DNA of 64,000 nt from Terriglobia bacterium (GTDB taxonomy: Bacteria; Acidobacteriota; Terriglobia; 2-12-FULL-54-10): contig CAXVYR010000003.1 in the NCBI GenBank assembly GCA_963666975.2, positions 64,001-128,000 on the forward strand. The letters run 5' to 3'. The position numbers were made by a program, and so were the translations under genes. The notes beneath the pieces are model-generated. The model saw only the letters and a list, made by a program, of their open reading frames with translations, searched no databases and was not told the origin of the DNA. This document shows, piece after piece, positions 33,645 to 43,948 of this stretch; the first letter of the stretch is position 1, and each line of letters starts with the position of its first letter.

Positions 33645-34736
33645 CTAGGGAAGCATAGAAAAGGGCAAGCTGGCCACCTCTGCCGGAACCGTTCCCGCCA
33701 TCACTTGCTTTCCGGCTTCGGCGTGTTCCCGCCGCAGGTATCCCAAAGCGATGTTGCGGCGCAGGCCGTGGGAGTAAACGGAGCTGGTGATGGCTCCCAC
33801 CGGTTTATCGCCAGCTAAAAGCACCGTTCCCGGCGGCACTTTCTGCTCCCCTTCCAGCAGCAGCCCCGTCAGCATGCGGTTCACATGGCCGCGAGAGCGG
33901 ATGCGCTCCACCACCTCTTGCCCGATATAACATCCTTTCGTAAAGCTGATCGCCTGCATTTGTCCGGTTTCCTGGGGAAGGTTTTTTTCGGTGATGTCCG
34001 CTCCGTGGCGCGGGATGCCTGCCTCAATGCGGCGCGTCTCCAGAGCTTCCCAGCCGGCCGGCTTCATGCCCAGGGCGGGTCCTGTTTCCAGGGATTTTTC
34101 CCACACTGCGATAGCTTGATCGGGTGTGCCCAGAATCCAGAAACCTTCCTCTCCCGAAAGCGATGCGCGGATCAGGCGCGCCTGGAGAGCATCCAGGTAG
34201 AGGTGTTCCAGCGCATGCATGCGAGGGGGGTCAAAACCGATCGCCTCGCGGAGAACCTCCCGCGCGCAGGGCCCTTCCAGTGCCACGCAAGCGGTCTGAG
34301 CGCTCTGATCCTCCAGCTTCACAACGTCGGCGATGATGTAACGGCGAAGTGTTTTCAGAATTACTTCGGTCAGTTGCGAGTCGCAGTCCAGCAGAAAACT
34401 TGTATCGCCGGTTCGGAAGATTTGCAGGTCGGCCAGAATATGGCCCTGGACGTCCAGCAGAAACGCGCAATTGCCCCGGCCGATTTCGAGCCCTTTGACA
34501 TCGTTGCTGATCATGCCGTGCAGGAAGCGGGGCGCGTCCTTTCCGCTGGCCAGGATCAGGCCACGAGGAGAGAGGTCCAGCAACCCTGCTCCTTCCTTCA
34601 GCGCCCGGTACTCGGCCTCCACTAAATCAGAGGGTGAATCGGCGGGCCCAAATGAAGCGGGGATTTCCCATCCCTGGTGGGACATCAACCGCGCGTTCGC
34701 GGCTTGTAAATTGGCAAACAGAGGGCTTCGCTGCAT
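33645..34736 (-). CDS. YgfZ/GcvT-family folate-binding protein
   Basis: KGCYIGQE YgfZ motif; RRIEAGIP. Confidence 0.85.
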   Translation of the reverse strand: MQRSPLFANLQAANARLMSHQGWEIPASFGPADSPSDLVEAEYRALKEGAGLLDLSPRGLILASGKDAPRFLHGMISNDVKGLEIGRGNCAFLLDVQGHILADLQIFRTGDTSFLLDCDSQLTEVILKTLRRYIIADVVKLEDQSAQTACVALEGPCAREVLREAIGFDPPRMHALEHLYLDALQARLIRASLSGEEGFWILGTPDQAIAVWEKSLETGPALGMKPAGWEALETRRIEAGIPRHGADITEKNLPQETGQMQAISFTKGCYIGQEVVERIRSRGHVNRMLTGLLLEGEQKVPPGTVLLAGDKPVGAITSSVYSHGLRRNIALGYLRREHAEAGKQVMAGTVPAEVASLPFSMLP

Positions 34737-35011
34737 GGTTTCCCTTTCTGTGTGGTTCTCTGTACGACAGTTTTCTGCTAACAATTCTATTGGACGGACA
34801 CAGGAATGTAAACCGCCGTAATGTAAACTGCCTGCTTCGCAGGCTGATTTAGCGCGAACGCGCAACCTGGGATCATTGCTGCGGCTCATCGCTGCGCTCA
34901 TTGGGAGTGTGATTTAATGCTTGCAGTCATAGAGGTTGGCATGCAAACTTCTTGGTGAAAAATCGGGGTCGCGCCTTTCTCGCGATCGTTTCTTTAATAG
35001 CGGGGGTCAGC

Positions 35012-36676
35012 ATGAAATTTCTTCCGGTTGTCCAAATCCTTCTGGGCCTGTTTGCCCTCAGCGTTCCGGTTCTTCCGGCTCAAGACAAGCCCGACCTGCT
35101 GGCGGTTCACCGCATCCGTCAGGAGGCCTTCCAGAACTCCCAGGTCATGAACCACATGTTCTATCTGACCGACGTTCATGGTCCGCGCCTGACTAACTCT
35201 CCGGGGTTTCGGGCCGCTGCCGGCTGGGTGGTGGAGCAGGCGAATCAGTGGGGGTTGGAGGAGGCCAAGCTGGAAGAGTGGGGTCCTTACGGGCGCGGCT
35301 GGTCCACCAGCCATTTTTCGGCGCATCTGGTCGAGCCCCAATACGCGCCGCTGGTTGGCGTGCCGCTGACATGGACGCCGGGCACCGATGGAGTGATTTC
35401 CGGGACTCCGATGCTGGCGCCCCTGCAAAGCGAAAGCGATCTGGAACGCTACGAGGCAGAGTTGGAGAAATACTTTGCAAAATACAAGGGCAAGCTCCGG
35501 GATCAGATTATATTGATTCGCAAGCCGCCGCGCCTGGAGACTCAGCAGGAGGCAGCCGAGCGGAGGCTCACGTCGCAGGACCTGGCCGACCGGGCCGAGG
35601 CTCCCGAACCGCTCGAGCCGATTGACATTGATCTGGCGAACCCCACGGTTCCAACCGATCCGGACGAACGGCGGCGCTTTTATGCCTATGCACCCCAGTT
35701 TGTCCTGCAAAAGCTCCGCCGCCAGCGGGAAGAGCTTTTGAATCGCCTGAACCGTTTTCTGGTTGATGAGGGGGTCCGTCTGGTGATTCACCCGGCCCGG
35801 CGCGGCGACGGCGGCACAATCTTCCCTCCCTGGGTGGGCTCCTACAAGGCCGGCGTGCCGGACCCGCCGCCCTCGATTGCACTGACGCCGGAGCACTACA
35901 ACCGCCTGGCCCGCCTCATTGAAAAGGAAGTTCCGTTCCGCGTAGAGGTCGAGTCGCAGGCTCAATTCCATGAAGAGACGCTCGATTCAATCAACGTCGT
36001 GGCGGAGATTCCCGGCGGGAGCAAGAGGGACGAGTTGGTGATTATCGGCGCGCACCTGGACTCCTGGGCTCCGGGCACCGGCGCCACCGATAACGCCGCC
36101 GGCTCCGCCGTGATGATGGAGGTCATGCGAATTCTCAAGGCGCTCGACTTGCAGATGGACCGCACGGTCCGCATGGTGCTGTGGGGCGGGGAAGAGCAAG
36201 GTCTGCTCGGCTCCAAGGCTTATGTGAAGCAGCACTTCGCCGATCCGGAAACGATGGAGCGGAAGCCGGAGCACGGCAAGGTCTCCGCCTATTACAACGT
36301 CGATAACGGGACCGGCAAGATTCGCGGCGTCTATCTCCAGGGGAACGATATGGTGCGGCCCATCTTCCAGACATGGCTGGCGCAGTTCAAAGACCTCGGA
36401 GCGACGACCTTGACGATCCGGAATACACGGGGAACCGACCACCTTTCGTTTGACGCGGTCGGTATCCCCGGCTTCCAGTTCATTCAGGACCCGGTCGAGT
36501 ACTCGTCGCGGACCCACCACTCGAATATGGATGTGTATGACCGCATCCAGCCCGGCGACCTGATGCAGGCCTCGGCCATCGTCGCTTCCTTCGTCTATCA
36601 CACCGCCAACCGGGAGCAGTTGCTCCCCCGCAAACCACTGCCGAAACCGTGGCCGAAGGAGCCGAAAGCGAAGTAG
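35012..36676 (+). CDS. Secreted M28-family metallopeptidase
   Basis: Signal peptide; GAHLDSW, GATDNAAG, GEEQG, TDH, HHSNMD. Confidence 0.9.
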   Translation: MKFLPVVQILLGLFALSVPVLPAQDKPDLLAVHRIRQEAFQNSQVMNHMFYLTDVHGPRLTNSPGFRAAAGWVVEQANQWGLEEAKLEEWGPYGRGWSTSHFSAHLVEPQYAPLVGVPLTWTPGTDGVISGTPMLAPLQSESDLERYEAELEKYFAKYKGKLRDQIILIRKPPRLETQQEAAERRLTSQDLADRAEAPEPLEPIDIDLANPTVPTDPDERRRFYAYAPQFVLQKLRRQREELLNRLNRFLVDEGVRLVIHPARRGDGGTIFPPWVGSYKAGVPDPPPSIALTPEHYNRLARLIEKEVPFRVEVESQAQFHEETLDSINVVAEIPGGSKRDELVIIGAHLDSWAPGTGATDNAAGSAVMMEVMRILKALDLQMDRTVRMVLWGGEEQGLLGSKAYVKQHFADPETMERKPEHGKVSAYYNVDNGTGKIRGVYLQGNDMVRPIFQTWLAQFKDLGATTLTIRNTRGTDHLSFDAVGIPGFQFIQDPVEYSSRTHHSNMDVYDRIQPGDLMQASAIVASFVYHTANREQLLPRKPLPKPWPKEPKAK

Positions 36677-36745
36677 AGCCGCGGGAGGATTTTTCCGGGT
36701 GGGGACTTTAGATCGTTTTCACAATTGGTGTAAACCACAACGTCT

Positions 36746-37203
36746 TGTCATTCCGAGCCCTTCGCTGTCATCCTGAGGAGTCCTTCGGTTGCGCTCAGGA
36801 TAAACTCCGCGACGAAGGATCTGCTTTTTTCTTCTTTGCTCTTCCCGCCAACTGAAACCAGTCGGCGGCCAAATCGTCCCACGTCGGATTACGTTCCTTT
36901 ATGAGAGCTACCTTTTTTGCCCTGAGCTATCACTTGATCTGCTTCTCGCGTGCAATAGCCGCCCGCACATCCTGATAAGGCTCATAGTAAACCAAGCGAT
37001 CAATCCGATACCGACTGGTGAAGCTAGGAACCAAACCCTGCCGATGCTCGGAAATTCTGCGGGCGAGGTTGTTGGTCACGCCGGTGTACAGAGTTCGGGA
37101 GCGGCTGGACAGGATGTAAACGTAATACGGCATCCATTGTGCTGCTACAAGCAGATTCTTCGCTCTCTTCGACTGCGCTCAGGGCAGGTCGCTCAGAATG
37201 ACA
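36746..37203 (-). mobile_element. GIY-YIG nuclease pseudogene enclosed by long TGTCA...TGACA REP-like inverted repeats
   Basis: YYVYIL..LYTGVT..RISEH..AREKQIK, then TGA TAG, then LRAKKVALIKERNPTWDDLA in frame; flanks GCTGTCATCCTGAG..CGAAGGATCTGCTT and AAGCAGATTCTTCG..CTCAGAATGACAGC. Confidence 0.75.
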
Positions 37204-37286
37204 GCAGGGGGTTGTACGCTAAATCAATTTGTAAAATCCGCCGAAATGCCCACGGCGAATAAACCGTTCGCCGTGGCAACCACTTG

Positions 37287-37961
37287 TTAGAACTGGTCAT
37301 TTGGGAACGCCTCTTTGTACAAATCCTCCGCCTGCGCAAACAGCAGCATTTCTACAGCGTACAGGGGGCACCCTAGATTAACGGCAGCTATGGAAATAAC
37401 TTCTATGTAGCGACGATAAAATTCTTGAGTATTGAGGAGTGCCCAATGATGTTGAGCCGCATGTTGGCGTAGTCGAGCGCTCGCACGCTTTATCAGCTTG
37501 TTTTGCCCTTCGAGGAGTGGAAATGGCTGCGGTTGTACAACGTTCTTGATGACCTGTAATGCATTGAGGGCCACTGCAACTCGTGCGTCGTATATTGCAT
37601 AGTGGTTTGGGTCTCGGATGCATAAAGCCTTTGACCAAGACGCAATCCCTTTCTTTCCTAGGGCAATTAGTTGATCTGGAGCTTGAAGTGCGTAGCTCCT
37701 GATCTTTTCAGGTTTGTTTTTCTTTATTCCGCCCCACTTGGCAATGTAATAGTTAACCAGTTCCAATTTTTGTTCATCATTCGCATTTTTCCATCGCTGA
37801 TTCAACTGCTGTTTAAGGGAGACCTCTTGACGATATGGGCTCTCGTTTTGTAGGGTGATGCCTTCCGGAAGAAGAGCGACATTGATCGGCCACTTATACC
37901 AATGGTTCTCCGGGGTTAAAAGCTTTTGTGCCCAATCTGTAATCGCTTCAATCAATGACAT
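37287..37961 (-). CDS. Low-GC hypothetical protein, possibly HhH/OGG-fold DNA glycosylase-like; integron-cassette-like
   Basis: KWGGI, GIASWSKAL..DPNHYAIYDARVAVAL, VEMLLF; bounded by GTTAGAAC/GTTCTAAC. Confidence 0.6.
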   Translation of the reverse strand: MSLIEAITDWAQKLLTPENHWYKWPINVALLPEGITLQNESPYRQEVSLKQQLNQRWKNANDEQKLELVNYYIAKWGGIKKNKPEKIRSYALQAPDQLIALGKKGIASWSKALCIRDPNHYAIYDARVAVALNALQVIKNVVQPQPFPLLEGQNKLIKRASARLRQHAAQHHWALLNTQEFYRRYIEVISIAAVNLGCPLYAVEMLLFAQAEDLYKEAFPNDQF

Positions 37962-37997
37962 AAGTAAGTTCTAACCCTGTTTTAGCCGACCCGCCTC

Positions 37998-38430
37998 AAC
38001 CGCCATGGCGGGCGGCGGTTAGGAAACCGCTCCATTACTCTTCGGCTCCGCTTCCCTCGGCTGCGCTCGGGACAGGCAGGGCAGGCTGTCGCGGCTCTGA
38101 TTACAGGCGCGCCCACGATGGCGGCGTGGAGCGGTTCCATTATAAAGCCGGAAGCTGTTGCAAAATCCCATGTAACTCCGTCAGGGCATGGCTTCAGCCA
38201 TGCCGAAAAGAGGTGGATTGAATGAATTCGACCGCACTGCCGTAGGCGGGAGCGCAGCTTGCAGCGAAGCAACAGGAAGAATTCTTAACGCTTCGGCTTC
38301 CCTGAGTCCATCAGGTTTTTGGTGCGATGTTAGTGTCTCGCTTCGGCAGTGCCTCCGCTTGGGCCTCCGGCAGTAAGGTGGAAATCATTTCCTGCAACGT
38401 GATCGGCACGACTGAAGTCGTGCCCTGACG
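37998..38430. repeat. Cluster of REP/REPIN-like palindromes, some nested
   Basis: CGTCAGGGCATGGCTTCAGCCATGCCG (about 38180) and inverted partner CGGCACGACTGAAGTCGTGCCCTGACG (about 38404-38430); AACCGCTCC...GTCGCGGCTCTGATT interrupted by CTTCGGCTCCGCT..GGGCAGG. Confidence 0.7.
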
Positions 38431-38563
38431 GGATTATCGTCACTATATTATGTGATTCTCAATAGGAGCATGTCCTCTCGCCCTCAGCTTGAGGGCGTTC
38501 CGGCCATGTTATACTCACGCAAACAACGCGGGGGACAAGCCCGCGAGACTGTAATAGGACTTT

Positions 38564-39202
38564 ATGATTCACGAAATTTTGCCCGTAGGATTATTGCAGT
38601 GCAACTGCTCTATCCTGGGCGATGAAAACAGCGGGGAAGCTATCGTCGTCGATCCGGGCGATGAGATCGATAAAATCCTCGCGATCCTTCAGCGGCACAA
38701 GCTGCGTCTACAGTACGTCGTGGTCACTCATGCGCATATCGACCACATCGGCGGCGCCAAGAAGCTGAAGGAAGCAACCGGCGCTCCGGTGTACATGAAC
38801 GAGCAGGACCTGGAGCTTTACCGCCACCTCGATCAGCAGGCCATGATGATTGGGGTCCCGACGCCGGAGACCACCCCGATTGACGTGATGCTCCGGGACG
38901 GGGATGTCATCCGCTGCGGGGAGATCCAGGCCACGGCGATGCACACGCCGGGGCATACGCAGGGCAGCGTCAGCCTGCTCGTCCCGGACGGCGAGCAGAC
39001 CAAGCTTCTGGCGGGCGACACACTGTTCCGCGACAGCATCGGCCGGACCGACCTGCCGGGCGGTAATTTCGGCCAGATCATGCAGTCGCTGAGAGAAAAG
39101 TTGCTGGCTTTGGACGACGCTACAGTTGTGGTTCCCGGCCACGGCCCCCTGACCACCATCGGCCGCGAGCGAGAGCGGAATCCCTTTCTACAGTCTCTGT
39201 AA
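38564..39202 (+). CDS. MBL-fold metallo-hydrolase (glyoxalase II/YcbL-like)
   Basis: THAHIDHIG, TPGHT, GDTLF, PGHG. Confidence 0.9.
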   Translation: MIHEILPVGLLQCNCSILGDENSGEAIVVDPGDEIDKILAILQRHKLRLQYVVVTHAHIDHIGGAKKLKEATGAPVYMNEQDLELYRHLDQQAMMIGVPTPETTPIDVMLRDGDVIRCGEIQATAMHTPGHTQGSVSLLVPDGEQTKLLAGDTLFRDSIGRTDLPGGNFGQIMQSLREKLLALDDATVVVPGHGPLTTIGRERERNPFLQSL

Positions 39203-39353
39203 ACAAAACTACGGCGCGCATTCTCCGGCAGGGCCGAATGGCGGCGGTTGACGCCTCCACTCCCGTGCGCTATTTTTGTTCTTGGCTCGTGGGTGCGGAT
39301 GTGGACAGGGAAAATTTAGAGCAGATGACAGGCGCTTCGTGCTGTAGAGAACC

Positions 39354-40112
39354 ATGAGCACAAATGCCCAACCCGCTGCGTCGTCCGGCGACAACAGGCA
39401 GTCCAGCCCGTCGCCGGTCTTCCGAGTCAGCGGACTGACCAAGGTATACCACACGGGCGAGCTGGACGTGCATGCCCTGCGGGGTATCGACCTTGAACTC
39501 CGCGAATCGGAATTCATTATCCTCCTGGGGCCGTCGGGAAGCGGCAAGTCAACGCTCCTGAACATCCTCGGCGGACTGGATGTGCCCTCTGCCGGCAGCG
39601 TCTTTTATCGGGGACGCGAGCTCACGGCGGCTGACGATCAGCAGCTCACCTGGTACCGCCGTCATCACGTCGGTTTTGTCTTCCAGTTCTACAACCTGAT
39701 TCCCAGCCTCACCGCCCGCGAGAACATTGCGTTGGTGACCGAGATCGCCCTCAATCCGCTGTCCCCTGAAGAAGCGCTCGAACTGGTCGGCCTGGGGGAC
39801 CGGATGGACCATTTCCCTTCTCAACTTTCCGGCGGTGAGCAGCAGCGAGTCGCCATCGCACGGGCCATCGCCAAGCGCCCTGACGTGCTTCTTTGTGACG
39901 AGCCCACAGGCGCCCTCGACATCACAACAGGGATCGTAGTCCTGGAGGCCATCGAGCGCGTGAACCGGGACTTGGGGACCACCACCGCCGTCATTACCCA
40001 CAACGCATCCATCGCGGAGATGGCCGACCGGGTCATCTTGCTCGCCGACGGAAGGATCGCCTCGGAGCGGCGCAACGCCGAGAAGCGGTCCTCTCAAGAC
40101 CTTCATTGGTAG
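39354..40112 (+). CDS. ABC transporter ATP-binding protein (MacB/LolD type)
   Basis: [24 protein letters not shown]. Confidence 0.92.
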   Translation: MSTNAQPAASSGDNRQSSPSPVFRVSGLTKVYHTGELDVHALRGIDLELRESEFIILLGPSGSGKSTLLNILGGLDVPSAGSVFYRGRELTAADDQQLTWYRRHHVGFVFQFYNLIPSLTARENIALVTEIALNPLSPEEALELVGLGDRMDHFPSQLSGGEQQRVAIARAIAKRPDVLLCDEPTGALDITTGIVVLEAIERVNRDLGTTTAVITHNASIAEMADRVILLADGRIASERRNAEKRSSQDLHW

Positions 40113-40124
40113 GATTGGCAGGAA

Positions 40125-40532
40125 GTGATGCTCGCCCTCAACCGCAAGCTCCTTCGGAATCTCTGGCAGACCAAAGGCCAGGCAATCGCGATTATCCTGG
40201 TCATCGCAGCCGGGGTCTCGATGTTCATCATGTACTTCAGCACCTTCGAGTCGCTGCGGCTTACCCGGTCGGCCTATTACGAGCGCTACCGTTTTGCGGA
40301 CGTTTTCGCCTCGCTCAAGCGGGCGCCTGTGTGGCTCCGGGAACGTATCGCGCGGATTCCCGGCGTGGCGCAGGCTGAAACCCGCGTCGTGGTGGATGTG
40401 ACGCTGGATGTGGAAGGGCTGTCGGAGCCGGCGAAAGGCCGGCTGATCTCGATCCCGGACCGCCAGGTTGCCACGCTCAATGACGTCTTCCTCCGGCGCG
40501 GCCGCTATATCGAGCCGGGCCGAGCCGACGAG
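40125..40532 (+). pseudogene. ABC permease N-terminal fragment
   Basis: LNRKLLRNLWQTKGQ..YRFADVFASLKRAP..GRYIEPGRADE; homology stops at about 40532. Confidence 0.8.
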
Positions 40533-40593
40533 TCAGCCTTTTTCAAACTGACCCACTACCGAATTTACGTGCGGAAGTATCGTACAATCACCG

Positions 40594-42066
40594 ATGGTGC
40601 CGATCAGCATGCAGATCCGCAAAGTGGAAGGCCTCGAAAATCTCCTTCAGTCCTTGTCGCTGGATGAGGAACCCGGCAAAACTCGTCACGTGGTCTACCC
40701 TTGGCACGAGGATTCGAAGGTTCTGGGTCGTCAGGATATAGGCTTTTGGTACTCACCTGAACGTTGCCAGTACAGCACCTTGCGTCGGCTGATATTGCAG
40801 GAATTCAGGAGAATCGACCATCCGAGTAGCGACCGGCTCGCCGACGGCTTGGTGCTGGCGTTTGCTCTGATGCCTAAGACGCGAGATGTCCTAACGGAGT
40901 TCGAGAGAATTCTAAACTCTTTCGCCGCGGCCGACGTTTCGTAGTTCCTTTTCATACCCGCATCAGCACTCATGAAATGGGAGAGAGATGGTCAACCACC
41001 GGAACACGATCTCATCGGGTTCTTCGGGCACGGCCCTTTTCGGTATGCGCCGCTTGCTGGTGATCTGATGGAAAAGATCAAATATCGGTTTGAGCGCATC
41101 GGTGTAGGCGCTCTTCTGCCGCACATCGAGAAGTTCTTCGGGAATATCGCAGTCTATAGGGATCCCCAAAGCACGAAGGTTATCGATTTCACTGGGCTCG
41201 GATTCAAGGGTCACCAATCGCCGGAGGTTGTCAATCTGATGCAGTACTACTTTGATGACCTGTCGGGCGTGCTATTCGAGGACTTCTGGCAGAAGCATCT
41301 GGAAACCCAATACCTTAGCGTTGCTGCTGGTGCAGCCCTGCTCGACCGAGCATCACTGGAAGCCTTGCCCGGAACGGCTTGGCTTTCAGTATTTTGGGGC
41401 TTCGATCTGCTCTCCGGGAAAGGAACGATCAGTCTCCTAGAGGAGCGGAGTCGTTATAGGGACACGCTGGCTTGGCAGGTGCACTCCTTCGGCGCGGAGT
41501 TGGCCGAATTGAAGAGTCGGATGGAGCTGGAACTGACAGAGGAACTAGGGCCAGGTCCGCATCGAGTTTATCAGTCAATTCAGGACTTCGCCAGACTGGT
41601 GGCTCGCTCTCGTGAGCTTCAAAACCGCGGCTACATAGAAGAGAGCTTCACGCTGCTGATGGTTGCCATGGAATCGCTCTTGGCAGAGCGAGACTCGATT
41701 TCAATCACTTTGAGCCGACGAGCTGGCGCGCTTTTGGCGGTCTCAGAAGACAAGCACTTCGAGGACTCAGTCAAATCGGTTCTCAAGCTCTACGACGCTC
41801 GGAGCAGGTTCGTGCATCAGGGTGAAGCTATCACGCCAGATTCGCTCAAAGCACTGCAGGAGGTATGCCGGACCGTTTTCTTCGCAGCCTACCGTAGCCA
41901 GGCGCGCTTCGCGGAACGTGATGAGAGCGGCTGGAAGGGTAAGTGGGTCGCCGTACTTGATTACATCTCGGCATGTTTCGACGCGGGCGTCATAGTTGAC
42001 TCCGGCGCAGCCACCATTTCGGGGGCGCTAAAGAATCAGGCCGGTCACTCGTCACAGAACTCATAA
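40594..42066 (+). pseudogene. ApeA-like HEPN-domain protein interrupted by an in-frame TAG (40942-40944)
   Basis: ORFs 40594 and 40972 share a frame with one stop between them; C-terminal AMESLL..LYDARSRFVHQG (RxxxxH). Confidence 0.7.
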
Positions 42067-42087
42067 TCCATGTAGCCGCGCCGCTTC

Positions 42088-42937
42088 TGGGGTCCGCGCG
42101 GAGCTTACATTCGCGCAGGCGCAGCTTAAGAGAACCCAACGGCTCGCCGAGCAAGAGATCGTTTCTCAAGAACAACTCGATGCCGCTGAGCTTGAGGACC
42201 ACGCCAAGGAAGAAGCGCTGGACGCGGCCGAGTTTGCCGTCCGAAACGCCGAATACGAGCTTGAGGTCGCGCGAACGAGCCTGCTCCAGACGGAGGGGGA
42301 TTCCGCTAGCCCGGTTGAGGGAAGCAGCGGCCGGAAACCGATCCTCATCTACTCTCCTGTCAACGGAGTTGTTCTGCGCAGCCTGAGGGAGAGCCAGGCA
42401 GTGGTCCCGGCAGGAGAGCCGCTGCTGGAGGTGGGGGACCCCGCCGACCTGGAGATTGTTTCCGATCTTCTTTCCACCGATGCCGTTAAAATCCGCCCCG
42501 GAAACAAAATACTGATCGAGGAGTGGGGCGGTGGCAATCCCTTGCGCGGCCGGGTCCGGCGGATTGAGCCCTCCGGTTTTACGAAAATCTCAGCGCTCGG
42601 CATTGAGGAGCAGCGGGTGAACGGCATTATCGACTTCGAGGATTCCCGCGAGGCCTGGGAAGCCCTGGGCGACGGCTACCGGGTGGAGGTGCGAATCACT
42701 ATCTGGGAACGCGAGGATGTTCTCAAAATTCCCACCAGCAGCCTGTTCCGCGACGGTGAGCGGTGGGCCGTCTTCACAGTGGAGGAGGGCAAGGCCGTGC
42801 GGCGGACAGTAGAAATCGGCCAGCGGAACGGCCTGGAGGCGGAGGTCCTGTCCGGGTTTTCCGAGGGTGAGATGGTCTTGGTCCACCCGAGCGACGCCAT
42901 TTCCGACGGCGTAGCCGTCACATCGCGGTCTCCCTGA
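42088..42937 (+). pseudogene. Efflux periplasmic adaptor (HlyD/MacA family), N-terminus missing
   Basis: VRAELTFAQAQLKR coiled coil..SPVNGVVLR..DLLSTDAVKI..KISALGIEEQRV. Confidence 0.8.
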
Positions 42938-43261
42938 AACGCCATTGGAAGCCGAAGGGTGCACAGTCCTCAATCATCCTTCCTCCATCCAAAAGGGGCC
43001 AGGAATTTTGAGATTGACTCGACAGGCCAGCGGGCGTACGGTTTTTAGCTGAAGAGGGAAGAGGAAGGTTCAATCAGAATTTTCGCGGAAAAATAGCTGG
43101 ATCAGCCGGTCGAACGCAGTTCGGGACGTCCCGGATGCCTGCAGCTTTGCACAACAAGTATTCCGGCTTCCGAGCGATCCAGAAAATTGCTATTGCTCAC
43201 GTCAGTGCGGGATTCATCGTAGGAAATAGCGGTTGATAACGCAGAAGGTGAGGAGACGAGA

Positions 43262-43945
43262 ATGACTAAACATGATGAAGCTCGCCGCGCATTCCTGGTA
43301 CGCGCGGCGCTTGGCGCGGGGGCCGTTGCGGGTGCGGGGCTCATGCCCGATGTGTACGCCCAGAATCCAGAGCAGCGCAAGGAAGCAGACGCCTCAGCCC
43401 GCCCGCTTTCGAGCGGCGATGGGCATGGTGCGTTCTTCAACCGCGACAACGCCGCTACGATTGCGGCGTTCGCCGAGCGGCTCATGCCCGGCGCACCGGG
43501 CAAGCCGGGCGCGAGCGAAGCGGAAGTGATCAATTACATCGATCTGGCCCTCTCCGGCGCCTACGCCGATCTTCAGGATTTCTACCGGCGCGGGCTTGCT
43601 CAGCTCGATGACTATTGTCGCCAGACCTATAACGAGCGGTTCGTGCGGCTCGACACCGCGCGACAGGACGAAGTGATCACGGCGCTCGAAGAAGGCAAAG
43701 CAACCGGGTTCACGTGGCCCGCCGCGCAGGCGTTCTTCAACACCGTCCGTACGCATACCATAGAAGGCATGTTTGCCGACCCGATCTACGGCGGCAACAA
43801 GGACTTCGCCGGCTGGCGACTGGTGGGTTTCCCCGGCGTGCAAGCGACTTTCACGACGGCGGATATGCAGAGCAGACAAGCGTTCGTACGCGCGCCCATG
43901 ATCGGCTTGCAGGCGCAAGCCAAAGACCCAAAGCGGGGGACATAA
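43262..43945 (+). CDS. Gluconate 2-dehydrogenase subunit 3 (gamma) family protein
   Basis: Tat-like ARRAFL; EGMFADPIYGGN..GWRLVGFPG. Confidence 0.88.
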   Translation: MTKHDEARRAFLVRAALGAGAVAGAGLMPDVYAQNPEQRKEADASARPLSSGDGHGAFFNRDNAATIAAFAERLMPGAPGKPGASEAEVINYIDLALSGAYADLQDFYRRGLAQLDDYCRQTYNERFVRLDTARQDEVITALEEGKATGFTWPAAQAFFNTVRTHTIEGMFADPIYGGNKDFAGWRLVGFPGVQATFTTADMQSRQAFVRAPMIGLQAQAKDPKRGT

Positions 43946-43948
43946 AGC

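Noticed and set aside
36927-36932. TGA-TAG as Sec/Pyl recoding or an alternative genetic code
   Set aside because: The positions correspond to Gly-Trp, no SECIS is evident, and TGA and TAG terminate many normal genes here
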